A stretch of 63,984 bases of DNA, counting the filler, from Octopus bimaculoides (Eukaryota), in assembly GCF_001194135.2 (NCBI RefSeq). It is 6 parts of 6 records of this genome, joined end to end, with 100 filler letters (N's around TTAATTAATTAA, not from the genome) between each part and the next. Parts side by side here need not be neighbours in the genome. Positions count along the whole stretch, not along the records: positions 1 to 12,042 come from NC_068989.1; 5 more parts are not named here. The stretch is one strand, 5' to 3'. The translations under genes and the position numbers were made by a program. Under the pieces are notes generated by a model. The model searched no databases. It saw nothing but the letters and a program-made list of their open reading frames with translations, and was not told the DNA's origin. This document shows, in pieces, positions 1 through 11,154 of the stretch (position 1 is the first letter of the stretch; each line of letters starts with the position of its first letter).

Positions 1-63
1 TTATTATTATTATTGTTGTTGTTGTTGTCAGTTGTTTCAATTCCGTTGCTATCATTTTCAATA

Positions 64-450
64 TTAGTGCTGCATTATAGAAATTAGCTTCATTATTAAA
101 TACCCTATTGTTAGCAGATAATTTGGAGAGTCTTAAAGATATATTTTTTACTAGATTCTCTATGATAGCCCTAGGATGGTTACTTGATTTATTTATATAC
201 TGTAGGTTCGTTAGGGGTTTGTGGTATGGTCTATATGTTTTATTCTTAATATCTAATGTTACGTCTAGGAAATTTGCTACTGAGACATCATCTTCGTAAA
301 CTATACCCATCCCCATTCTGCTGAAAAATCTGGCCAGCCTACCCTTAATTCTCTGTAGTTCCTGGTTTGAGCAATTTCTAACATACAACAGGCAGTCGTC
401 TCTATACAACCCCCCACCTAACCCTAGGGAATTGATCACTTAATTCAAAA
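64..450 (-). mobile_element. Penelope-like element reverse transcriptase fragment (catalytic and thumb region)
   Basis: Manual translation gives LSDQFPRVRW/GLYRDDCLL...NFLDVTLDIKNKTYRPYHKPLTNLQYINKSSNHPRAIIENLVKNISLRLSKLSANNRVFNNEANFYNAAL. YRDD lies at 395-406, with FLDV and SNHP motifs typical of PLE RTs. One +1 frameshift in a G6 run at ~410-415. Confidence 0.88.
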
Positions 451-531
451 GAGTGGTGAATAAATCGATATATCGAGTTCGAAGTCTCTGTCTCTTTTGA
501 ATATGAAAATTTAAAAGTTAAAAACCTTATA

Positions 532-583
<52 letters not shown>

Positions 584-649
584 CATAAGCATATACATAC
601 ACATATATGTCTGTATGTATGTATTTATAGATGGATGGATCGATAGATG

Positions 650-790
650 AGTGGAAAAAAGGTTTGCTTTGCAACTTTAAGGTCTCGGATTCGAATCCAC
701 AATGTAATATCTTAGGCAAGTGTCTTTATTACAGCCTCTGGCCAATCCAAACCTTCTGGGAGAAATTGTATAGACGGAAACTGCTGCACG
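650..790 (+). mobile_element. SINE family A, 5' part (degenerate)
   Basis: Matches the 5' half of the intact copy at 45561-45965 (ggcaagtgtctt...tagacggaaactg). Confidence 0.7.
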
Positions 791-1404
791 AATGGTCATC
801 AGGTAGATTTTACATATAATTCAAGTGCCCAACTGATTCTACTTGAGAAATATGTTAAAGGTCGCACGTGTGTGAGGTATATTCAGCCAATGCTGCACCA
901 CTTCGTATAACATTTGCATTCAGTCTATTAAATGACACGAGACAATTAATTCAAACAGGTGTCGAAACCGACGGTAGAATCCAATGTTCCATATGAAATA
1001 TGTTAAAAGTTTATTTTAAAGCAAACATTAATCTATTTTTAAATAAATTTCATTTTACTTTTATTTATTTTTTTTTTTTTCTTCTCGATAATTCCTAAGA
1101 ATTGCAAATGCTATGACAGAGACATAGAGACACTATTTTGATTGGAATTAAGGTCGTAGTAATTATATTTTCGAAGATAATTCTAGAATGTTCATCTCTG
1201 GCTTAGAAATATAGCGAACTAAAACAAGCATATAAGATAAAGAATAAGAGAAACCTCAAAAGCTATACAGTTGTATTACTTTTCTTTTGTATCTTCTCAT
1301 ATTTTTGTCTTTTAAAATTAGTTTACATCTGTCTTTGCCAGAAATCTTCTGTATTATTGTAAAGCACATGAAAACCAACAACTTATATTCTTATCTTTTA
1401 ATCA

Positions 1405-1415
1405 TATCTCTGGTA

Positions 1416-1486
<71 letters not shown>

Positions 1487-1548
1487 CATCATCGTCGTCG
1501 TTGTTGTTGTTGTTGTTGTTGTTATTGTTGCTATCATTATTATTATTA
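1405..1548. repeat. Compound trinucleotide microsatellite (ATT)n/(ATC)n/(GTT)n
   Basis: Seen directly in the sequence. Confidence 0.95.
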
Positions 1549-1737
1549 GTATATAAATGCGTTTCTATGTTATATAGTTTTACAGATTCCAGCTACAAGT
1601 TATCTAGTTCTTCGTTGTTGTTCTTATCGTTGTTGCAATTGATGCTGTCGTTATTGTTTCCTTCTTTTCCAAATTCCCCCATTCCTTACATCGCAGTAAC
1701 AATTCCTCATTGCCATTATTGTATATAAACTACTTAC

Positions 1738-1789
1738 TGGCATACTGAGTCTTACTTTCTGTTTTGTTTCCCATCAAAACCAAATTAGT
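1738..1789 (-). CDS. Candidate 52-nt internal exon (TNLVLMGNKTESKTQYA), gene unknown
   Basis: Pyrimidine-rich acceptor tctctcccgtcttttgttttggacttgaag| and donor |gtaagt; only one frame open. Could be chance. Confidence 0.2.
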
Positions 1790-1939
1790 CTTCAAGTCCA
1801 AAACAAAAGACGGGAGAGATTATCTGATACCTGTCTCTTCGCATACTCATACACACGCTTACATATGCCTGTGTGTGTGTACGTGCGTACGTAAGTATGC
1901 GTGTATTTATGTACTTACGTACGTATGTCTGTCTGTATG

Positions 1940-1973
<34 letters not shown>

Positions 1974-2016
1974 TGCATGTGTGTATTTATGCATGTATGT
2001 ATGTATGTGCCTATGT

Positions 2017-2320
2017 GAAGGTGCATGGACTAGTGGTTAGAATGTCGCACATTAAACTACACCGTCGTACTTTCGATTCTTAGACCGGCGATGCGTTGTG
2101 TTTTTGAGCAAAACACTGCATTTCACGTCCCCTTGCGATCAATTCGACATCCGACGTGTGGCATATTGTTCGACTATACAGGAAGCACAGACTTCATAGA
2201 GGAAGTGTACTCATGGTGCAACACAATCATTTTATCACTATACACAAATCCTTTGGGCGGTTTGTTCAGTTCAGCAAGAAAATTGCGGAACCCGAAACTA
2301 TGATAGAAGTCCGTGGTGTG
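2017..2320 (+). mobile_element. tRNA-derived SINE family B (gtgtYYttgagcaa core)
   Basis: tRNA-like head (tagtggttag...ttcgattc) followed by gcgttgtgtttttgagcaaaacact; similar to copies at 12255 and 25385. Confidence 0.7.
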
Positions 2321-2837
2321 ATTTAAAATACTTGTAGTTTTGTAACTATAAATGATATAAATCTATTAAACGATATATTAAATCTATAAATGATATAAAT
2401 CTATTAAACATTGATTTATTGTTTTAAGGGTAAACGGAACACGAAAAAATATCAACCAAATTACATAAGCTTTTAAATGAAAACAACCCTAGATTAAAGC
2501 GAAATATACTTTCTACATTTAAAGCAAATACAATAAACAATTTGCAGTAAAATATGTGGACACTTGTACTTGATACGATATATATAGAATAAATAAGAGA
2601 AAGTGAGTGAAACAGATAGTATTTCACATTAACATAGTACAATATCGAGTTTCATAAACTTATTTATCTGTGTGTATAAAAGTCTATCTGCGGTAAGTTT
2701 GTTTAACAGAGATAATCCTTGTAAAAAAAAAAATGATAGTCAGGAAAGAATTAGAATGGTGCAGAAGGCGTAAGAAACACTCGTTAACTGTAAAAGGGAT
2801 AAAAAAGAACTGCTATTTAAATTTATTATTGGCGGTT

Positions 2838-3123
2838 ATTAATTTTCAACATGTCCACTATCATTACGTATACAAACAATTATACGATTCTACAGTGCTC
2901 GGAAAAGATTTTGCGGCTGGTTTTCCGTAATACAATCTACCATATCAATTATATTAGCTTGCAAATCCTCTAAAGATTGAGGTTTACTTGGATAAGCATT
3001 ACTTTTCACTGCGCAGTGCTTTTTTTTTTTGTAGTGAGTTCTAAACTTTCTTTGGACCGTGGCGGCATGATTTAGCTCAGCCAACCAAAGAACGCGGTTT
3101 AGTTTCTCTTCCAGTGAAACCAT
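2838..3123 (-). mobile_element. Internally deleted Tc1/mariner-superfamily transposase remnant
   Basis: N-terminus MVSLEEKLNRVLWLAELNHAATVQRKFRTHY joined directly to C-terminus KSNAYPSKPQSLEDLQANIIDMVDCITENQPQNLFRAL*NRIIVCIRNDSGHVEN; catalytic core absent. Confidence 0.7.
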
Positions 3124-3214
3124 GGGTCAAGAGCAATTATGCAAAGAAAAAAAAAGTCATTTTCAAGTTTCAAGACATAGATAAAAAAAAAAATGATAGA
3201 TAAAACAAATTATA

Positions 3215-3375
3215 AGTAACTTAGCGGTTCGGCAAAACAGCCTCATAGAATAAGTAGTTTGGCTTTAAGAAATAAGTGCTGGGTTTGATTTGTTCGACTA
3301 CAATAAAACTCCTTTAAGCTTTTAAGGCGGTATTCCAGCATGGCCGCAGTCAAATGACTGAAACAAGTAAAAGAA
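3215..3375 (+). mobile_element. SINE family A, 3' half
   Basis: gtaacttagcggttcggcaaa...ccagcatggccgcagtcaaatgactgaaacaagtaaaaga. Confidence 0.85.
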
Positions 3376-3459
3376 CACTATATATTTCACATTGTCAATT
3401 CTCGAATTATGTTTCACTGAAAGATGAGTCTTAGCTAATATCTTTTATCATTTTTATGT

Positions 3460-4478
3460 CTTAGTTATTGGACAGCGGCTGTGCTGGAGCAGCACCTTTA
3501 AGTGTTTAGCAGGATAAATCGCCTCTCACTTCCACCCGTCATTCATTTGTTGAATGTGCTACTTATTCTATCGGAGTCCATTGCTGAACGCCTAAATTAC
3601 TGAGACGTAAATAAACCAACACAAGTCATGGAGCGGTAGTGGGGTCAAGCATAGACACATACACACACTCACACAATCACACCCACATCTCACACATTCT
3701 TTCTCTCTCTCACTCATACTCACAGGTATATATATATATATATATATATNNNNNNNNNNNNNNNNNNNNNNNNNNNNNNNNNNNNNNNNNNNNNNNNNNN
3801 NNNNNNNNNNNNNNNNNNNNNNNNNNNNNNNNNNNNNNNNNNNNNNNNNNNNNNNNNNNNNNNNNNNNNNNNNNNNNNNNNNNNNNNNNNNNNNNNNNNN
3901 NNNNNNNNNNNNNNNNNNNNNNNNNNNNNNNNNNNNNNNNNNNNNNNNNNNNNNNNNNNNNNNNNNNNNNNNNNNNNNNNNNNNNNNNNNNNNNNNNNNN
4001 NNNNNNNNNNNNNNNNNNNNNNNNNNNNNNNNNNNNNNNNCCAGGTTCAGTCCTACAACGTTGTATCCTGCACAAGTGTCTTCTACGTAACTTCGAGCGG
4101 ACCAGAGCTTTGTGAGTGAATTTAGTAGACGGAAACTGAAAGAGTCCTGTGGTATATGTAAGTATGTATTTATATGTGCGTGTGTGTGTGTGTGTACGCG
4201 TGCGCATGTGTTTCTGTCTGTGTTTGTCCTCCACCACCGCTTGACAACTGGTGATCTCGTGTTTAACAGTTCGGCTTAAAGTACCAGGCTTAAAAAAGTA
4301 CTGGGGTCGTTTCGTTCGATTAGAACCTTTCAAGGCGGTGCTCCAGTATGGCTACAGTCTGATGACTGAAATGAGTAAGAGATAAAAGATATCATCTATA
4401 TATATGTGTGTGTGTGTACGGCGGGCTTCTTCACAGTTTCCTTCTACCATATTCACTCGTAAGGCATTGGTTGGTCTA
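3460..4478 (-). mobile_element. SINE family A (minus) split at its central microsatellite by a gap and a nested plus-strand copy
   Basis: 3' half at 3460-3750 and mid-5' part (cgggcttctt...cagtttcc...ctacca) at ~4420-4478. Confidence 0.6.
4041..4390 (+). mobile_element. SINE family A copy (nested)
   Basis: ggttcagtcc...caagtgtcttcta...tagacggaaactgaaag...(GT)n...aaggcggtgctccagtatggc...gactgaaat. Confidence 0.85.
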
Positions 4479-5469
4479 GTGTGAAGCCCTCTATTTCCAG
4501 CTGTCTTCTGGTAATCTGAAATCGATGTTAAATTTATCCTACACTATTCACTCTAACTTATATCTGGTTTCCCCTAAATTGATAAATTCTAGCTTTTACC
4601 ATAAAACTCGTGTAACATTCGGGATTGTAAGCTAACTTTCAAGCGTGAAAATAAAAAGTATATTGGACTTTTAAACATCCCCTAAACTTTTAAAGATACC
4701 TTTAATAAAAAAAATCACTTTGAACATCTGAGATTCTGAGAGCAATTTAAAAAAAATTAAAATATTGGAATTTTATTTAATTAAAAAATTTTTTTTATGA
4801 GAACATTTGGATTAGAGGATTTACAACTGCCGTACATTTCCCCCCCATAAATATATTTTGTTTGTATTTAAAGTGTGTAAATATATATTTTGTTGGCATT
4901 TGGAAGCTTTAGTTTATTTTACTTTCTAAGCATTTAAATCAGCAATTTCAGTTTGAGTTTATTAAAGATAAGATGTAAGTACAAATACATTAATTTCAAA
5001 TGTGATCAAAATGTATATTATTCAAAACAAACTATATTTATCAATACTCATTAAATAGAAAAGAAATATATTTATGTGCAAAGCGAATTATATTAATACA
5101 CTTTAAATACAAACGAAATATATTTATTATACAAAAAAACTATACACTTTAAATGCCTACGAAATATATACAAAACAAAATATACCAATCATACATAACT
5201 CATGCATGCACAGAAAACACTTACACATGCAAAAATGATCTCGGACGTTATCTCCCTTGAAAGCAACCTTTGTATTCAAAAGCTTCACCTCCTAGAAGTT
5301 ATTGTAATTATAAAGTTACAGAAAAAAACACTATTATAATGATGATAATAACTGTAAAAATACTATTAATTCTTTTATTTGTCGCGTGGGTAACGAATAT
5401 TCGAAGAAGAATTTGACAGGGTTAATCCGAAATTTCGAATGAAATCGATTTCAAATTACAGACGCGCAA

Positions 5470-5690
5470 GAATATTGAGCCTAATTTTGAAACTCAGTAA
5501 GATATTTCTGTCTTTATACAGAGTTCTGAATTTGGTCATTGCTGCTGTTGTTTTGGCAATGCAGGGTATCATTTCAGGCTTGGAACCTTGGTCGCTTCTT
5601 TGGTCGCTACTCCACTGACACTGGTTCCATTTGCATACTTCTGTTTTCTCTGCGCTTATCTACATGCCAAATTCATTGAATGATATGGAG
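5470..5690 (-). mobile_element. RTE-clade LINE RT fragment
   Basis: Translation FGM*ISAEKT...DQGSKPEMIPCIAKTTAAMTKFRTLYKDRNILLSFKIRL resembles the RTE/Bov-B motif EISAEKTK...SDEGSKPE...IAQTTAALTKL..IW.D.NI.L.SKI.L. Confidence 0.75.
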
Positions 5691-5734
5691 GATGCTGGTT
5701 TCAAAATTTGGCAGAAAGCCAGCAATTTTCAAGA

Positions 5735-6125
5735 AGTGGATAAGTTGATTAGCGTGCTGGATGAAATGCTGAGCGGTATTTCACCCGTCGCTACGTTCTG
5801 AGTTCAAATTCTACAGAGGTCAACTTTGCCTTTCATCGTTTCGGGGTCGATAAATTAAGTACCAGTTGAGTACTGGGGTCGATGTAATCGACTATCCCCT
5901 TCCTCCAAATTTTAGGCCTTGTGCCTATAATATAAAGGATTATTGACACAAGGTGTGAAATCACATCGAACCCAGTGGTCAATTAGTACTTATTTTAATC
6001 AAGCCGTAAGGATGAAAGGTGGAGTCAATTTCGGCAGAATTTGAACTCAGGAGGTAAAGCTGAAAGATATACCACTTAACATTTTGTCCAGCGTCCTAAC
6101 CATTCTGCCAGTTCAGCGTCTTACA
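5735..6125. mobile_element. Two tail-to-tail copies of tRNA-derived SINE family D (+ 5735-5945; - 5945-6125)
   Basis: gttctgagttcaaattc...gaggtcaactttgcctttcatc...ggggtcgat...ggccttgtgcctata, followed by the reverse complement. Confidence 0.85.
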
Positions 6126-6803
6126 GACTTTAAACTAATCGTTTCAAAGCTTGGCACAGAGCTAGCAGTTTTTGAATCCACACGCACCAACACAGACACG
6201 TATGTGCGTGTGTGTGTATGTGTGTGTGTGTGTGTGGTAAATTGTTCTGGGGCCTTCAAGAGTTACCGGGAATAATATGACATCTAATTCCTTAGGTGAT
6301 AGCAAAATTAATTCAGAACATTACATTACTATCTTCGAGCGTGTATTTATTTCAAAATTTTCAAGTGGACAAAATGAAAAAGAGAAAGAAAAGCCTGATT
6401 GTGTAGGAAGATGGCTCTGTATTGCACGCTACAAAAACCATCCCACACAAAGAAAAACAAACCTTTTAAAAAATAAGCCAAAAGAAAGAGAGGAAGCAAA
6501 TTTCTTCGAACCATTTCGTTGACCAATTCATTCCACTAATATCAACCACATACCACATATATTACACGTAGTCGTGTAAGTTGATACTAGATAACGCTTT
6601 ACTTAAAATGTTCAAACATGAAGAACGCGAAGAACGCGAAGAGAATCAGTGAATGGTGTAAAGGAAGAACAAAAAAAGGAAATACCTAACGCTAGAATTA
6701 CAGAATTCATTATTCTGTACTGCTGTACCTTGGCGAATTCCTGAGTTAAAGTCTCATGCATCAAAATATTTTTCTCGCTTTTCTTGCATGCCTCAACAGA
6801 TAC

Positions 6804-6843
<40 letters not shown>

Positions 6844-6924
6844 CTGTGTGTGTGTGCGTGTGTGTGTGTGTGTGTGTGTGCGTGCGTGCGTACGTGCATA
6901 TGTATATGTATCTTTTATCTTTTC

Positions 6925-7073
6925 TCTTTTATTTGTTTTAGTCATTAGATTGCGGCCATGATGGGGCACCGCCTTGAAGAATTTTTAGTCAGATGAATCG
7001 GCCCCAGTACTTCTATCGTTCCCTTTTGCGGAACCGTTAAGTTATGGTAACTGAAACACACGTGCACACATAC

Positions 7074-7104
<31 letters not shown>

Positions 7105-7160
7105 CATACATACACACATACATACATACTTGCATACATACATGTGTGTGTATATATATA

Positions 7161-7206
<46 letters not shown>

Positions 7207-7230
7207 ACGGGCTTCTTTCAGTTTCCGTCT
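6925..7230 (-). mobile_element. SINE family A with expanded internal (CATA)/(TA) microsatellite
   Basis: tttagtcattagattgcggccatg...caccgcctt...gacgggcttctttcagtttccgtcta. Confidence 0.8.
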
Positions 7231-7484
7231 ATATGTGTGCATATATGGACACGTGTATATACACACGATTACTTTATTAAAACTCATCCTCTTTCTTTTC
7301 CTCCTATTCATTTTATTTTCCGTCTCTTCTTTCATCTATCTTATCGTCCTTTCCACCTCCACCTCCACTTATTTGGTTCATTTTGTTTTTCGTTCTTTTT
7401 TTTCTGTTTTCTCTTTAACTAGCCACTGCAAATGTGTGTTAGACGTGATTAATGCATATACACATGTGTGTGTTCTTTTCTACT

Positions 7485-7600
7485 CTAGGTACAAGGCCCA
7501 GAGTTTTGGGGAGAGGGCCAGTCGATTAGATCGACTCCAGTACACATCTGGTATTCAATTTATCGACCCCAAAAGGATGAAAGGCGAAGTCGACCGCGGC
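7485..7600 (-). mobile_element. SINE family D fragment
   Basis: ggtacaaggccca...atcgaccccaaaaggatgaaaggcgaagtcgacc. Confidence 0.8.
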
Positions 7601-7783
7601 GTGTGTGTATTAGCACATACTTACGCATGGAGACGTATATTTATATACGTGCATGTAGGTATGTATGTGTACATGCAAGTATATATATATAAGCATATGT
7701 TTGCCTGTATATGTTTGTATGTATGTATGTATGTATGTATATGCGTTCGCGCATATATGAGAGTATATGTTTGATTGAGTCTA

Positions 7784-7945
7784 GGACATTTACCCCCATG
7801 GACAATAACCGCCCCCTCCCCAGGACAATTACCCCTGAGGACAACAGATGATGATTTAAAACTTATCATAATGGAGAGGGAGTAATTAATCAGGGGGGGT
7901 AATTTTCCTAGAGAGTAATTGTTGTCTGTGAGAATTGTCCCAGGG
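7784..7945. mobile_element. MITE-like element with inverted arrays of a GGACAATTACCCC motif
   Basis: Four direct copies on the left (7784, 7800, 7823, 7839) and reverse-complement copies on the right (e.g. GGGGGTAATTTTCC, GAGAATTGTCC). Confidence 0.55.
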
Positions 7946-8530
7946 TGGGTGGTAACGGTTCGATTATAGTGTGTTTAAGCATATATGTATCTGCATGGAT
8001 GCATGTATGCGTATGTATATATATANNNNNNNNNNNNNNNNNNNNNNNNNNNNNNNNNNNNNNNNNNNNNNNNNNNNNNNNNNNNNNNNNNNNNNNNNNN
8101 NNNNNNNNNNNNNNNNNNNNNNNNNNNNNNNNNNNNNNNNNNNNNNNNNNNNNNNNNNNNNNNNNNNNNNNNNNTATATATATATATATATATATATATA
8201 TGTAGATGTGCCTATGTATTTATGTATGTAAGTATGCGCGTATTTATGTGTATGTGTGTATGCATAAGTAGTCGAAAGACACCTGTTGTTATGTCCTGTT
8301 ATTATTATTTTTATTGTATTTGTTTAACATTCTCCGTTTTTTTTTCCGTCCCTGTTTTCGTATACATTCGCTGCTTTCTTCCAAGGAATCTAATGCTCTT
8401 AGCTTAGTTTTTCCTTGGGGCTGGCCAGATTGGAGCAATCTCGTGTATAGTCAGCCGAGATTGCGACGATAATCTGGTACTCGACTGAAGAAGGAAAACT
8501 CCGAATGACCCGTCCTTGTTTTCGTTGTAT

Positions 8531-8656
8531 CGTCTATCTGGATGTTTTGTTGTCCCATTTTTGTATCACCTAACTGTCTGGATATTTCGCGTTCATGTCC
8601 TATTTTTGTATCACCTGACTGTCCGGATATTTTGCGTTCTTGTCCCATTTTCTGTA
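8531..8656. repeat. ~45-bp minisatellite, 3 copies
   Basis: Unit ~ (a/g)actgtctggatattt(c/t)gcgttc(a/t)tgtcc(t/c)atttttgtatcacct. Confidence 0.8.
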
Positions 8657-9059
8657 CATACTCTGTTCATGGGCCATTTATTGCGGTATTAGTCCTGTGA
8701 TAGCATACATTACGGACGTGGTGTGTTAAAAACGCAATAGATACTAGGAGATAACAATTCGTCCCAGCAGCTAGCGATCAGACCATATGCATTATTTGAG
8801 CTATTTAGAGTGACGTATATAGTGATGAAGAGCTAAGCCACTCCTTTTGCTGATAGTAGGTTTGCGTGCTTACTCCACAAGTATGTCCTGTTACACTGTC
8901 TTTTATTATTACTGTAATCTACGTTTTGTCTGAGTTGATGATTTCGTTGATGATAAGTGAGCCGATCCTTGGAAATGTATTCAGGACGACAACCAAATGT
9001 ATCTTTGTGCATTTACAAGTGTTTCTTTGCGTATGTATATTTATGTATTTATATATATA

Positions 9060-10575
9060 CACCCAGAACCACACTAATATCTTATTAGTGAAATTTAGGA
9101 TTTCTCGGTTTTCTGTGAATCTATTTTTATAAAGCTTTTCGCAACTTGTTTCACATATGACAATACCATTGTTATGTTTTCATTATTTTGTGTAACGTCC
9201 TTTCATTTTTATTTCAGATTTTTCAATTTGGGGGTGAACCGCGCTCATAGCATTTGAATAAAAGTGGGTAGTGATACATATTAAGCATACATTGAGTATA
9301 TATTTAACAGAAAGCCATAATCCTTTCTATTATAGGCACAAGGCCTGAAATTTGGGGGAGGAGACTAGTCGATTACATCGACCCCCATCGACTCGAAATG
9401 CTGAAAGGCAAAATCGACCTTAGCGGAATTTGAACTCAGAATGTAAAGACAGACGAAATACCGATAAACATTTCACCCTGCGTGCTAACGATTCTGCAGC
9501 TCAGCGATTTAAAAGAAACTATAATAATATTATAATATCTATTGACATAATGAATTTTTTAGCCACATGAGCGACGAGGAAGAAACGATCCGATTGTGGG
9601 GTCTGTAAGACTGTGACAGCTAGGGATTTAAGAAATATTGGCCACAAGTTACGTGGAAGCCTGGACAAGCAAGCAAAGGCATTTTCACCGCCTCCGGACT
9701 TCTTCATGTACCCATAAACACCAGAAATCGCATTCTCGGAACGATGACTTCCGTGCGAGAACCCCTGAAATTGCCTCCTCACAGAAGTTTGAAGCTTCAA
9801 TGACCCAAAAGTACATGACGTTAGACTTGAGTTGTGGTCTGTTCACTGACAAAACCAGGGCGACCCTTGACGAACTTAACGGTAGGGAAAATGCTTGGGT
9901 CTATTTTGGAGATGAGCGGCACCAACGGTAACGACGTCAACAAAAGTATGGAGGAGTCATTTTATGGGCTGGTATCACTGGGGACAGACTTGTTGGCTCA
10001 GTAGGGTACCTGAAGAGGTTAACGTGACCGCAGCCGCCTACTGCAATCTCCTGAAGGGGGTCTTGTATCCCCGGCTAGATGACACACTGCCGTCACTTCT
10101 AAGAAATCTTATATTCGTGCATGACAACGCTCCCTCCTACTCTGCTGGGACCACCCAAACGTCTCTAGGGTCATATCGCATACAAGGTGAAAGGTTGATG
10201 GTGTGGCAGCTAGCATCTCCGGATCTCAAACCCCATTGAAAATGTTTGGTCCATCATTAGACAAGATGTTTATGCCAATGAACACCAATTTACGTTGAAA
10301 GATGTCTTATGGGTGACCATCAAAGCTGCAGCAGAGGCAGTCCAACCTACTACTATTAAGAAATTGACAGATTCCATGACTAATAGGGTTTTTGAAGTTA
10401 TCCGTCGAAATGGCGCTCATGTGGCTAAATATTTCATTATGTCAATAAATTTTATAGCATTATTATGGCTTTCTGTTAAATTTATACTCAATGTATGCTT
10501 AATATGTATCATTACTCTTCATTTTCTGGAAAAAAATGTTTAGATGGGCTATTTTCATTCAAAAGCTATTAGTGT
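9060..10575 (+). mobile_element. Tc1-like DD37E (TRT-type) transposon, copy 1; degenerate, right TIR truncated, SINE inserted in left TIR
   Basis: TRKKRSDCGVCKTVTARDLR...FTDKTR...FVHDNAPSY...ASPDLxPIENVW, with 37 residues between the second D and E. Inverted copies of ttgacataatgaa...ttagccacatgagcg flank the ORF. Confidence 0.9.
9322..9510 (-). mobile_element. SINE family D inserted in the left TIR of the DD37E element
   Basis: Absent from copy 2 (36943-38449); flanked by a degenerate duplication agaaa(g/a)c(c/t)ataat. Confidence 0.85.
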
Positions 10576-10579
10576 ATAT

Positions 10580-11154
10580 ATAAGCAAGAAGGACTTCACC
10601 CACTTAATGCGTTGTTACTGACAGGTGGAATATGAAAGGTTTAGTCAACTTTGAACTTTTAAATCCAGACCAAACGATAACAAGGGAGATCTACTGTGAA
10701 CAACTTGAACGGCTTACGTCAGCGCTCGAAGAAAAACGACCATGTTTGGTTTCAAAACGAAAGCTGTTCTTCCATCAGGTTAATGCTTGGCCACATACAG
10801 CGAGGATGACATTCCAAAGGCTACAGCAGTTTGAATGGGGAAACGATATCCCACCCAACATATTCGCCGGACATTACCCCATCTTTTTATCATTTATTCT
10901 GCAGTCTTCAAAATCATTTGGAGGGAAAAAATATGAATTCTGTAGACGAGGTCAGAACAGTACTGGAGGAGTATTTTTCGTCACGGACAAGTGAATTTAG
11001 GGATAGGGGCCTTGCAAGTCTACCAGATAGATAGAAGAACACTGGAGAAAATGAAGGAGAATATATTTAAAACTAAAAAAAGAACTTTGTTTATCTTAAG
11101 TTTGAAAGATAAAAGAAGTATAGAAAACCGCATTATTTAAGGGATGACACAATA
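10580..11154 (+). mobile_element. Mariner (DD34D) transposase 3' half with right TIR
   Basis: WNMKGLVNFELL...YCEQLERL...FHQ(D>V)NAWPHTAR...HPTYSPDITPS(D>F)YHLF...; ends ccgcattatttaagggatgacacaa-TA. Confidence 0.9.

Noticed and set aside
5521-5690. Plus-strand exon-like stretch (VLNLVIAAVVLAMQG / SSEFGHCCCC...)
   Set aside because: It is the antisense of an RTE RT fragment on the minus strand.
6563-6592. Helitron-like 3' end (TTACACG/CGTGTAA hairpin then CTAG)
   Set aside because: CTAG is followed by A rather than T, and no matching 5' TC end or Rep/helicase is seen.
8822-8934. Possible C/D snoRNA (GTGATGA...CTGA...CTGA)
   Set aside because: No terminal stem, no C' box and no recognisable rRNA guide; the motifs are short enough to be chance.
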